From assembly GCA_038279365.1 (NCBI GenBank), contig JAYODI010000047.1, forward strand, positions 9,735-44,250: DNA of 34,516 nucleotides. Reading direction: 5' to 3'. Below are positions 1 to 8,325 of this stretch, piece by piece. The position numbers and the translations under genes were made by a program. This stretch comes from Candidatus Latescibacterota bacterium. GTDB taxonomy: Bacteria; Latescibacterota; UBA2968. The notes beneath the pieces were generated by a model that saw nothing but the letters and a program-made list of their open reading frames with translations, was not told the DNA's origin and ran no database searches. Within the stretch, counting starts at the first letter, position 1. Each line of letters starts with the position of its first letter.

Positions 1-72
1 TGATTCGTTGATTCGTTGATTCGTTGATTCGCCAATTCGCCAATCCGTTCATCCGTTGATTCCCCAATTCAC
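1..72. repeat. Degenerate 8-bp tandem repeat (9 units, TGATTCGT-like), truncated at window edge
   Basis: Units read tgattcgt x3, tgattcgc, caattcgc, caatccgt, tcatccgt, tgattccc, caattcac. Confidence 0.85.
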
Positions 73-82
73 GCCTTTTCTC

Positions 83-111
83 TTGACACCACTTCTGTGT
101 TCGGCTATTTT
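83..111 (+). promoter_or_regulatory. sigma70-type promoter of the T-box/pheST leader
   Basis: TTGACA (83-88), 17 bp spacer, TATTTT (106-111), about 12 nt before T-box Stem I. Confidence 0.75.
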
Positions 112-122
112 TTCCACCCAAA

Positions 123-473
123 GCAATGACAGAGAAAAGTAACCCGTCTCCAACCTCAAGAGAGAGGATGTGTCTTAGGCTGAAAACACATCCGATGGTA
201 TGAATGGGTGAAGTTCCCTCTCGAGCTGCAAAGCTGAATGGGGCAGAAAGAGGAAATAAGAAAGAAGAACACCACTCACGCAGGTGATTTTATCTTCTTC
301 CTTCTCTCTTTTATCTTCTTCCCGCCTCTATTAAGTTGCGCCGGTTGTCCACCGTCAATGTGACCCAATGGCACCTGCCATTGACAAAGTGGCATCTGCA
401 ATCACAGATGCAATTAGGGTGGTACCGCGGAAGATGCTCTTTCGTCCCTATGGGTGACGAAGGAGTTTTTTTT
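123..473 (+). ncRNA. T-box riboswitch, Phe-specific (specifier UUC), transcriptional class
   Basis: Stem I with AGTA (138-141), AGAGA bulge (~159-165), GGCTGAAA loop (178-185), GAA-G-TTC specifier (TTC 214-216), GA motif (~221-226); Stem III 392-411; T-box AGGGTGGTACCGCG (416-429); antiterminator closes with CGTCCCT (443-449); sits directly upstream of pheS. Confidence 0.92.
437..473 (+). terminator. T-box intrinsic terminator, mutually exclusive with the antiterminator
   Basis: CTCTTTCGTC...GACGAAGGAG hairpin (437-465) followed by T8. Confidence 0.85.
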
Positions 474-494
474 ATTTTTTTCAAGGAGTTCCCA

Positions 495-2051
495 TTGGCC
501 TCAGACATCGACCTCGCATCTCTCCACGCTCTCGAAATTCGCACACTGCGCGCCTTTGAAAACAAGGCTCATGCCGAACAAACCGATGCACAACTACAAA
601 ATGAATCTGGCATTGGAGAAGGCCAAGTGCGCCGTGCCGTAGAATGGCTCATCTCCAAATCGCTTCTCGAAATCACCAACGAAACCGCACATGCCATTAT
701 ATCGCTCACAGAAGTGGGGCAAGACTTTCTACAAAAAGGCGCCACTCCCGAATCTGCCCTTTTATCGCGTGCGGCAACCGAAAGCATCACCCTCAAAGAT
801 CTGCAAGACGACGACCGCTTTGACAAAGGATCGTGGGGCAGTGCATTTGGTGGGCTCAAAAAAGATGGCCTCATCGACATCGACAAAGGCGCCATCAAAA
901 TTGTCGATGTCGATCAAGCAACCTTCTATACAGAAAGGCTCATACCCGACTTATTTGGCAAATTTAAAGATTCCGAGTCAGGCCTTGCGCTCGAAGATTT
1001 TGCACCTGAAATGCAAACATACATTCAAGCCAATGCCCGAAAACGCGGTGGGGGCAAAGGCCCCATTCGCCTCGATGAACGCACCGAACGCACCTATCGC
1101 CTTACCCAATTAGGCCAACAAGTCCTTGCCGATGTGGTATCGGCCAATCTCACGGGTGACGAAATTTCGCAACTCACGCCCACCATGATTCAAGACGGAT
1201 CATGGAAAGGTGCAAGTTTCCGCCGGTACGACCTCTCCATCAAACCACCTCGCATCCTCATGGGCAAGCATCATCCTTACCGTACCTATCTTGACAACGT
1301 GCGCCGCAAACTGCTCTCACTGGGCTTTGAAGAAATGAAAGGCCCCCTTGTCGAAACCGAATTTTGGAACATGGATGCCCTCTTTATGCCCCAGTTCCAC
1401 GCGGCACGTAACATTCACGATGCTTATTATGTCAAAGAACCCACAAAATCAAAACAAGCCGAAGAACCCTTTTTCTCTCGTGTTGCCCAATCCCATCAAA
1501 ACGGTGGAGATACAGGCTCACGTGGCTGGCGCTACGAATTTAATGCCGAACGCTCTCGCCAACTTATTTTGCGCAGCCAAGGCACAGCCCTTTCGGCACG
1601 CACGCTCGCATCAGGCCCAAACAACCCAGGCAAATACTTTAGCATTGCCCGTTGTTTTCGCCACGACGATGTCGATGCCACCCACGCCGCCGACTTCTTT
1701 CAGGTAGAAGGCATTGTCTTAGGCGAAAGCATCACCTTTAGAAGCCTTGTGGGTCTCCTTAAAATGTTTGCCCTCGAAGTGGCCGAAGCCGAAGCCGTGC
1801 GGTATGTGCCCGACTACTTCCCATTTACCGAACCCTCTGTCGAACTCCAAGCCAAACACCCCACCCTCGGCTGGATCGAACTGGGCGGTGCGGGCCTCTT
1901 TCGCCCCGAGCTCACCCGCCCCTTAGGCGTAGACGTACCCGTCATTGCCTGGGGCCTTGGTGTAGACCGAATGGCCATGGTCGCCCTCGGCATCAACGAC
2001 ATTCGCGACCTCTTTAGCTCAGACCTTGACTTTGTTCGCAACCGGAGATAA
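495..2051 (+). CDS. pheS: Phenylalanine--tRNA ligase alpha subunit, long archaeal/eukaryal/spirochete type (~518 aa)
   Basis: Motifs HHPY, FWNMDALFMPQFHAAR, CFRHDDVDATHAADFFQVEG, YFPFTEPS, AWGLGVDR; long N-terminal extension. Start reassigned to in-frame TTG at 495 behind AAGGAG (483-488), because the ORF-track start at 336 lies inside the T-box. Confidence 0.95.
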   Translation: MASDIDLASLHALEIRTLRAFENKAHAEQTDAQLQNESGIGEGQVRRAVEWLISKSLLEITNETAHAIISLTEVGQDFLQKGATPESALLSRAATESITLKDLQDDDRFDKGSWGSAFGGLKKDGLIDIDKGAIKIVDVDQATFYTERLIPDLFGKFKDSESGLALEDFAPEMQTYIQANARKRGGGKGPIRLDERTERTYRLTQLGQQVLADVVSANLTGDEISQLTPTMIQDGSWKGASFRRYDLSIKPPRILMGKHHPYRTYLDNVRRKLLSLGFEEMKGPLVETEFWNMDALFMPQFHAARNIHDAYYVKEPTKSKQAEEPFFSRVAQSHQNGGDTGSRGWRYEFNAERSRQLILRSQGTALSARTLASGPNNPGKYFSIARCFRHDDVDATHAADFFQVEGIVLGESITFRSLVGLLKMFALEVAEAEAVRYVPDYFPFTEPSVELQAKHPTLGWIELGGAGLFRPELTRPLGVDVPVIAWGLGVDRMAMVALGINDIRDLFSSDLDFVRNRR

Positions 2052-2053
2052 CC

Positions 2054-3733
2054 ATGCCTACCATCACCGTCATTAAAGAAGACCTCGAACGCCTCGCCGG
2101 GCAAACCTACACCATGCCCGACCTCGAAAAAGCTCTCGAATATGCCAAAGCCGAAGTAAAAGTAGACGACAATGATGGCAAACTGCGCGTGCAACTCAAA
2201 GACACCAACCGCCCAGACTTATGGTCGTCTGAAGGTTTGGCACGCCAACTCAAAGGCCACCGAGAAACCCAGCACCCCAACTACACATTTTTCAACACCC
2301 CATCCACCAAGCGTGAACTCCACGTTGATCCACAACTGCAAAACATTCGGCCCTACATTGCCGCCTTTGCTTGTGAAGGCATCACCGTAGACGAAGCCGC
2401 ACTTGAGCAACTCATTGAAGCCCAAGAAAAACTCGCCGACGGATATGGCCGAGGTCGCAGCACTGTGGCCATTGGCATTTACGACGCTTCATCTATTCAA
2501 TACCCCATTCAATACCAAGCAGTTGATCCCGACACCACCACCTTTGTGCCACTCGAATTTGAAAAAGAAATGAGTCTGCGCCATATTCTCAAAGATCATC
2601 CCACAGGCGCAAAATATGCACACCTGCTTCAAGGCCTTGACAAGTTTCCCATCATTCGCGATGCCAAAAACGAAGTGCTTTCCATGCCGCCTGTGATCAA
2701 CAGCCAAACCTTGGGCCGCGTGGAAGTCGGCGACACACACCTCTTTTGTGAAGCCACTGGCACCGAACTTGATAGCGTGTTGCTCACCATTGCAATACTT
2801 GCTGCCAACATGGCCGACCGCGGTGGCACCATTCACCCTGTCACCATCAAATATCCTTACGACACACCACGGGGCCGAGAAATTTACAGCCCCACCGACC
2901 TCACCGAAGTCGTCAAGGTCAACACCGCAGAAATTCGTCGCCTCATCGGCACAGACCTTTCTGCCCAACAAATCGAAACAGCACTCCAAGCCATGGGCTA
3001 TCGCAACATCTCCGTGCAAGACACCCACGTCTTGGCCCAACCCGCACCCTATCGCGATGACATCTTACACCCCGTAGACATCATCGAAGATGTGATCATT
3101 TCCATTGGATACGAATCGTTTGAAGCCGAAATGCCCAAAGACTTCACAGTGGGCAAAGCCGCACCCATCGAAGATTTATCCGACCGTTTTCGCAACCTCA
3201 TGGTCGGCTGTGGTTTTCAAGAAATCTTCTCCCCCATCTTGGGTTCCCGAGAAGAACAAACCACACAAATGTGCAACCCCGACAACAAAATTGTCGAAAT
3301 TGCCAACCCCATGTCCGAATTTTATAGCTCCGTGCGTGGCTCGCTTCTGCCCGGCCTCTTGCGTGTCGAAAACACCAGCCGCCGTGCCAAATATCCACAT
3401 CGCACCTTCGAAGTCGGTGATGTCGCCGTCATCGATCCCGAACAAAACTACGGCACCCGTACCGACATTCTATTGTGCGCCCTCGAATCGGGTGAAGACG
3501 CCAACTTATCCAACATCCAAAGTTACCTCGAAGCCTTGGCTTATCACCTCCACATCAATTATACCTTGCGTCCCATCGATCATCCTTCTTTTTTACCTGG
3601 GCGCGCAGGTGAAATTTGTGTCAACGATAAAGCTTATGGCATCATAGGTGAAATACATCCCAACGTGCTCGACAACTGGGGCATTGCCATGCCAACCAGC
3701 ATATTTGAAATCAACATCAACATTGCGGAGTAA
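2054..3733 (+). CDS. pheT: Phenylalanine--tRNA ligase beta subunit, short archaeal type (559 aa)
   Basis: MPTI start, NRPDLWSSEGLAR, SMPPVINS, YRDDILHPVDIIEDV, GEIHP; ends at FEINI with no C-terminal anticodon-binding domain. Confidence 0.95.
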   Translation: MPTITVIKEDLERLAGQTYTMPDLEKALEYAKAEVKVDDNDGKLRVQLKDTNRPDLWSSEGLARQLKGHRETQHPNYTFFNTPSTKRELHVDPQLQNIRPYIAAFACEGITVDEAALEQLIEAQEKLADGYGRGRSTVAIGIYDASSIQYPIQYQAVDPDTTTFVPLEFEKEMSLRHILKDHPTGAKYAHLLQGLDKFPIIRDAKNEVLSMPPVINSQTLGRVEVGDTHLFCEATGTELDSVLLTIAILAANMADRGGTIHPVTIKYPYDTPRGREIYSPTDLTEVVKVNTAEIRRLIGTDLSAQQIETALQAMGYRNISVQDTHVLAQPAPYRDDILHPVDIIEDVIISIGYESFEAEMPKDFTVGKAAPIEDLSDRFRNLMVGCGFQEIFSPILGSREEQTTQMCNPDNKIVEIANPMSEFYSSVRGSLLPGLLRVENTSRRAKYPHRTFEVGDVAVIDPEQNYGTRTDILLCALESGEDANLSNIQSYLEALAYHLHINYTLRPIDHPSFLPGRAGEICVNDKAYGIIGEIHPNVLDNWGIAMPTSIFEININIAE

Positions 3734-3735
3734 AC

Positions 3736-4932
3736 ATGGACAAGCTACGCGTAGGCATTCTTGGGCTGGGGCGTGGTTACACCCACCTCAAAAACTTTCT
3801 CGACCTTGAAAACGCCGAAGTCATTGGCGCAAGTGATTGGTATGCCCCCCGCCACGAACGGGCCCAAAAACTCATCAGCGAAAAAGGGGCCTCTGTAAAA
3901 CTCGTCAAAGAATATGACGAACTGCTGGCCCTTAAACCCGATGCCATTGTGGTGGCCAGCAACGGCAAAGTTCAAGTAGAACATGCCTGCCAAGCCCTTG
4001 AGGCCGGATGCCATGTCTTATCCGAAGTGCCCGGTGCCTACACCCAAGAAGAATGTATGCGCCTGCGCGCCACCGTAGAAAGCACTGGCAAAACTTATAT
4101 GTTGGGTGAAAACACCTGCTACTGGGATTTCTTTCGTTACTTTCGCAAATGGGTGCAAGAAGATCTCTTTGGCCCCATCTCCATTGCCGAAGGCGAATAC
4201 ATCCACTGCTTGCCCGCCACCTTAAGGTTACCAGACGGCTCCACCCTCACCCCATCCAAAGCCCAAGCCGAAGGCCACACCAATACCACACCCATTTGGC
4301 GTGCCGATCAGCCCCCCATTCAATATCTCACACACGACCTCGGCCCACTCCTCGAAGTGCTCGACGACCGCTGTGTCTCTGTCTCTTGCCAAAGTGCGCC
4401 TTATCATTGCACCGATGCGCCTTTGCGTTCCGATGGCCAAATAGCCACCTTCAAAACCGCCAAAGGTTCCCTCATCAAAATCATGGTCACCCTCAGCACC
4501 CGTCGCCCCAGCGAACACCGCTACCGCATTTTTGGCGTCGAAGGCGGAGCCGAATGGTTCAGCTACGAAAAATCTGCCCGACGCTTTACCCGCCACAACG
4601 AAGAACGCGACGGTTGGGAAGTCATCCCCGTGGGTCTTGGTGCGCGCGGTGACGACACCTCAGCAGGCCACGGCGGTGCCGACCTCAAACTCAACCGCCA
4701 TTTTACCGAAACCATTCTCAATGGCACGCCCTCTCCCATCGACGTCTATCGCGCCATCGAATACAACCTCCCTGGCATCTTGGCAAACAAATCTGCCGAA
4801 TTGGGTGGTGCACCAGTGCCCATTCCCGACTTTCGCCCAAAACCGTTTACAACCACCACCTTCTGGGATAGCTTAGGCCTGCCAACAACCGAACCACAGG
4901 GCAAACCCTTTGTTCCACAAGAAACCGAGTAA
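3736..4932 (+). CDS. Gfo/Idh/MocA family oxidoreductase
   Basis: N-terminal GILGLGRG Rossmann motif, HVLSEVP, YMLGEN, AEGEYIH, GHGGAD. Confidence 0.85.
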   Translation: MDKLRVGILGLGRGYTHLKNFLDLENAEVIGASDWYAPRHERAQKLISEKGASVKLVKEYDELLALKPDAIVVASNGKVQVEHACQALEAGCHVLSEVPGAYTQEECMRLRATVESTGKTYMLGENTCYWDFFRYFRKWVQEDLFGPISIAEGEYIHCLPATLRLPDGSTLTPSKAQAEGHTNTTPIWRADQPPIQYLTHDLGPLLEVLDDRCVSVSCQSAPYHCTDAPLRSDGQIATFKTAKGSLIKIMVTLSTRRPSEHRYRIFGVEGGAEWFSYEKSARRFTRHNEERDGWEVIPVGLGARGDDTSAGHGGADLKLNRHFTETILNGTPSPIDVYRAIEYNLPGILANKSAELGGAPVPIPDFRPKPFTTTTFWDSLGLPTTEPQGKPFVPQETE

Positions 4933-4934
4933 AT

Positions 4935-5876
4935 ATGTTTGAGCACCCCTTCAACTTTGACCCCACATATGGCTACAACAAAGAAGCCTTGCTCAACGTA
5001 GGTCTACCCAACGCACCCACAGATTTTGATACCTTCTGGCAAGACACATTTTCCCAAACACAATCTGTTCCGCTTCAGATCCAAAAGGAACCTGAAACGA
5101 CCACAAGTGCCAATGTCGATGTCTTCACCATTTCATTCCACACCCTCGACAAAATCCGCATCGGTGGTTGGCTTGTCGCACCCAAAAACACGCAACCCAC
5201 TTCTGGTTTTGTCATCAGCCATGGGTATGGTGGTCGCACCGAACCCGTGCTCAACTTCCCCATTCCCAACGCCGTTGCGCTCTTACCATGTGCCCCAGGT
5301 TTTCACCGCTCGGCACACACAGAAATACCCAACACATCTCAGAAACATGTGATCCATCACATCGAAGATCGCAACACCTATATCATTCGCCACAGTGTCG
5401 CCTCTTTGTGGTCTGCCGCCTCCGTCTTGCTCGAACTTTACCCCACCATCCAAAATCAGCTATACTTTAGTGGAGGCAGTTTTGGGGGTGGTTTGGGCGC
5501 ACTGGCCCTTCCTTGGGATGCCCGCTTTAAAAAAGCCCATTTAAGCGTGCCCACATTTGGGCATCACCCCATTCGGCTCCAATGTCCCTGCAATGGCAGT
5601 GGCGAGGCCGTACGGCTTTTGCACCAAGAAAAACCAGAAATAGCACACACGCTCCAATATTTCGATGCGGCAACAGCAGCCAGTCACATCCAAATCCCAG
5701 TGCTCGGATCACCTGCCTTGTTCGATCCGTCTGTTCCGCCCCCTGGTCAATTTGCCGTATGCAATGCCCTCAGCAACATGCATATCTTAAGTGCCGGCCA
5801 TTTCACATACGACACACAAGTAGAAGAACAAAAAACCTTACAACAAGAACTGACCAAATGGTTCACATCCTCATAA
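4935..5876 (+). CDS. Acetylxylan esterase / cephalosporin-C deacetylase family (CE7, alpha/beta hydrolase)
   Basis: DFDTFW N-terminus, HGYGG, nucleophile elbow GGSFGG, TLQYFDA, FDPSVPP, AGHF. Confidence 0.85.
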   Translation: MFEHPFNFDPTYGYNKEALLNVGLPNAPTDFDTFWQDTFSQTQSVPLQIQKEPETTTSANVDVFTISFHTLDKIRIGGWLVAPKNTQPTSGFVISHGYGGRTEPVLNFPIPNAVALLPCAPGFHRSAHTEIPNTSQKHVIHHIEDRNTYIIRHSVASLWSAASVLLELYPTIQNQLYFSGGSFGGGLGALALPWDARFKKAHLSVPTFGHHPIRLQCPCNGSGEAVRLLHQEKPEIAHTLQYFDAATAASHIQIPVLGSPALFDPSVPPPGQFAVCNALSNMHILSAGHFTYDTQVEEQKTLQQELTKWFTSS

Positions 5877-5895
5877 CAAACCAAGGAGAAACAAA

Positions 5896-6897
5896 ATGCC
5901 AAATCTCGCATTTCTATCCACTGCCCACACCCACACCAAAGGTTTCCTCAAAACCGTCTCCGAAAAAGAAGGCACCAACCTCGTCGCCATCTGGGACGAC
6001 ATGGAATCACGTGGCCAAGCCTTTGCCGATCAGTACAGCTGTGATTTTTCTGCAGACCTCGACGCCGTTATCAGCCGAGACGATGTAGACGGTTTCATCA
6101 TCTGTGTCGAAAACACGCGTCACCTGCCCCTCCTCAAAGCCGCCATCCCCACAGGCAAACCCATCTTCTGCGAAAAGCCATTTACCACAACGGCAGCCGA
6201 AGCAGCCGAAGCCTTGGCACTTATTCGCGAGCACAACACCATCGTGCACATGGGTTATTTCCAACCCTTCTCAGCCGCAATGCAAGGCGTGATTCAACAC
6301 GTTGCTTCTGGTGCATTGGGCACCATCACACACGCACGTTATCGCAACGCCCACAACGCCGCTTATGGTCGATGGTTCGACTCGCCCGAACTCGCCTGGT
6401 TCCACGACCCAGCCCTTGCGGGTGGTGGTGCTTTTATGGACATGGGCACACATGCCGTCCATCTCATGCGCACCGTCTTAGGCCCCGTTGAAAAAGTATT
6501 TGCAACCATCAGCAACAAGTCGGGCATCTACACCACCGTTGATGATAACGGTGTCGCCATCTTCCAATTTGCCAATGGCTGTGTGGCCACCATTGAAGGA
6601 TCTTGGGTGCAAACTGGCGGTTTAAGTGGCATCGAAGTCGTTGGCAGTGAAGCAACCCTCTTCCAACATCCTCAGCACGGACTCGTAACTGCAAAACCCC
6701 GTGAAGAACCCGTTGCTGTTGCCCCAGGCCAAGAAAAGCCCACCCGCGTAGATCGCCTCGTTGCCGCCATAGAAGGCAAAGTCTCCAAAGAAGAACTCGA
6801 TGCCGACCTCGTTTGTGCCGCCGATGCCGTGGCCATTATGGAAGCCTGTTACACATCCAACAAAACAGGTGGATGGGTCGATGTGGCAACCATCTAA
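5896..6897 (+). CDS. Gfo/Idh/MocA family oxidoreductase
   Basis: CEKP motif, GGGAFMDMGTH; RBS AAGGAG upstream. Confidence 0.9.
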   Translation: MPNLAFLSTAHTHTKGFLKTVSEKEGTNLVAIWDDMESRGQAFADQYSCDFSADLDAVISRDDVDGFIICVENTRHLPLLKAAIPTGKPIFCEKPFTTTAAEAAEALALIREHNTIVHMGYFQPFSAAMQGVIQHVASGALGTITHARYRNAHNAAYGRWFDSPELAWFHDPALAGGGAFMDMGTHAVHLMRTVLGPVEKVFATISNKSGIYTTVDDNGVAIFQFANGCVATIEGSWVQTGGLSGIEVVGSEATLFQHPQHGLVTAKPREEPVAVAPGQEKPTRVDRLVAAIEGKVSKEELDADLVCAADAVAIMEACYTSNKTGGWVDVATI

Positions 6898-6920
6898 AGT
6901 TAAAAAACACTTGTAAAACC

Positions 6921-6953
6921 AAAATCCGCGTGCCATCTTGCACGCGGATTTTT
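6921..6953 (+). terminator. Intrinsic terminator after the pheST-Gfo-CE7-Gfo run
   Basis: AAAATCCGCGTGC / GCACGCGGATTTT perfect 13-bp inverted repeat ending in a T tract. Confidence 0.8.
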
Positions 6954-6985
6954 ATTTACCATCACCAAACATACAGGAGCAGCGT

Positions 6986-8275
6986 ATGCCCCTCAAAATT
7001 GGCCTTTCAAAAACCGACATCACCCCTCCCATTGGCATTTTTTTAGCCGGATATGCCAACCGCTTGGAACCCTCTGAAGGGGTATATCTCCCACTTACAG
7101 CAACTGCCATTGCAATAGATGACGGCAAAGCGGAAGCCCTGATCATAGGCGCCGAAATCCTCGGTTTTTACGAGCACACCCAACGTGTGCGTCAGCGCAT
7201 TGGCGAAAAAACAGGCCTCCAGCCTCACCAAATCATCCTCAACGGTTCCCACACCCACTGTGGCCCCGTCTTGCGAGAAGTAGACCGCGAACGACACGGC
7301 AATATCGATGATCATTATCTTGAACAACTCATAGAAAAAGTCGCCACCTGTGCTCATCAAGCCTGGCAAAACCGAGAACCATCCATCCTCAAATTTGGCA
7401 CCGGCACCTGTAACTTTGCCGTCAACCGACGCCTTCCCGATGAAAACGGCATTTTCCAAATGCGCCCCAATCCCAATGGCCCCGTCGATCACACCGTTTC
7501 TGTGCTCGCCATTGAAACACCCACAGGCCAAACAAAAGGGGTGCTCTTTTCTTATGCCTGCCATCCCACCAGCCGAGGTGGGTTGCTCATTGGTGGCGAT
7601 TATGTGGGTTTTGCCTTACAACACATTGAACAAAACAACAATCTCACGGCTTGTTTTTTACAAGGTTGCGCCGGAGACATCAAACCTGGTCCAGCAGATG
7701 CAACAGCCACCACCTTTACCCCACGAACCATTGAGCAGGTGCAAGCAATCGGTGAACAATTAGGGCAAGCCGTTTACAATATACTTCAATCACAAATGCT
7801 CACACCCATTGATGGCGAACTCCACATTGCCACCCAAACCATTGTATTGGAAATGGAACCGATCACCCATTCACAAATTGAAGCAGGCCTCCAAGATCCA
7901 AACAAAGTCATTCAACAATGGGCCACCCATTTCAAAAACCTGACAGATGCCCACAGCGCTCTCAGCACCCAGATACCCTTTGAAGTTCAAACCCTCTCCA
8001 TAGGCAGTGCCTTTGCCCTGGTAGCCTTATCTGGAGAAATATCTGTCGAATATGCCCTACGCCTCCAAAAAGATCTCACCCCCAACTTTCACCATGCCAT
8101 CATCTGCGCCTATGCCAATCACATCATTGGATACGTGCCGGCCAAACGGCAAATTCCCGAAGGCGGTTATGAGGTCTGGGCCAATCAATACCATCTCAAA
8201 AGACCTGGCCCATATGTGGAAACCACCGAAGACACAATTTGTGATACCGCTATAAAATTACTCACCCAAAAATAA
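6986..8275 (+). CDS. Neutral/alkaline ceramidase N-terminal domain-like hydrolase
   Basis: DITPP, LAGY, SHTHCGP, YACHPT, FLQGCAGD, GYVP, EGGYE; start set at ATG 6986 behind AGGAG. Confidence 0.75.
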   Translation: MPLKIGLSKTDITPPIGIFLAGYANRLEPSEGVYLPLTATAIAIDDGKAEALIIGAEILGFYEHTQRVRQRIGEKTGLQPHQIILNGSHTHCGPVLREVDRERHGNIDDHYLEQLIEKVATCAHQAWQNREPSILKFGTGTCNFAVNRRLPDENGIFQMRPNPNGPVDHTVSVLAIETPTGQTKGVLFSYACHPTSRGGLLIGGDYVGFALQHIEQNNNLTACFLQGCAGDIKPGPADATATTFTPRTIEQVQAIGEQLGQAVYNILQSQMLTPIDGELHIATQTIVLEMEPITHSQIEAGLQDPNKVIQQWATHFKNLTDAHSALSTQIPFEVQTLSIGSAFALVALSGEISVEYALRLQKDLTPNFHHAIICAYANHIIGYVPAKRQIPEGGYEVWANQYHLKRPGPYVETTEDTICDTAIKLLTQK

Positions 8276-8276
8276 A

Positions 8277-8306
8277 AAATGGGCTGTGCCAAGGCACAGC
8301 CCATTT
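8277..8306. terminator. Bidirectional terminator between convergent genes
   Basis: AAATGGGCTGTGCC / GGCACAGCCCATTT inverted repeat. Confidence 0.8.
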
Positions 8307-8325
8307 ACATCCCCTTATGTTCTGT

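Noticed and set aside
1-72. Possible CRISPR array
   Set aside because: 8-bp contiguous units with no spacers and no cas genes
336-494. N-terminal extension of pheS in the ORF track
   Set aside because: It overlaps the T-box antiterminator and terminator; an RBS plus in-frame TTG at 495 is the better start
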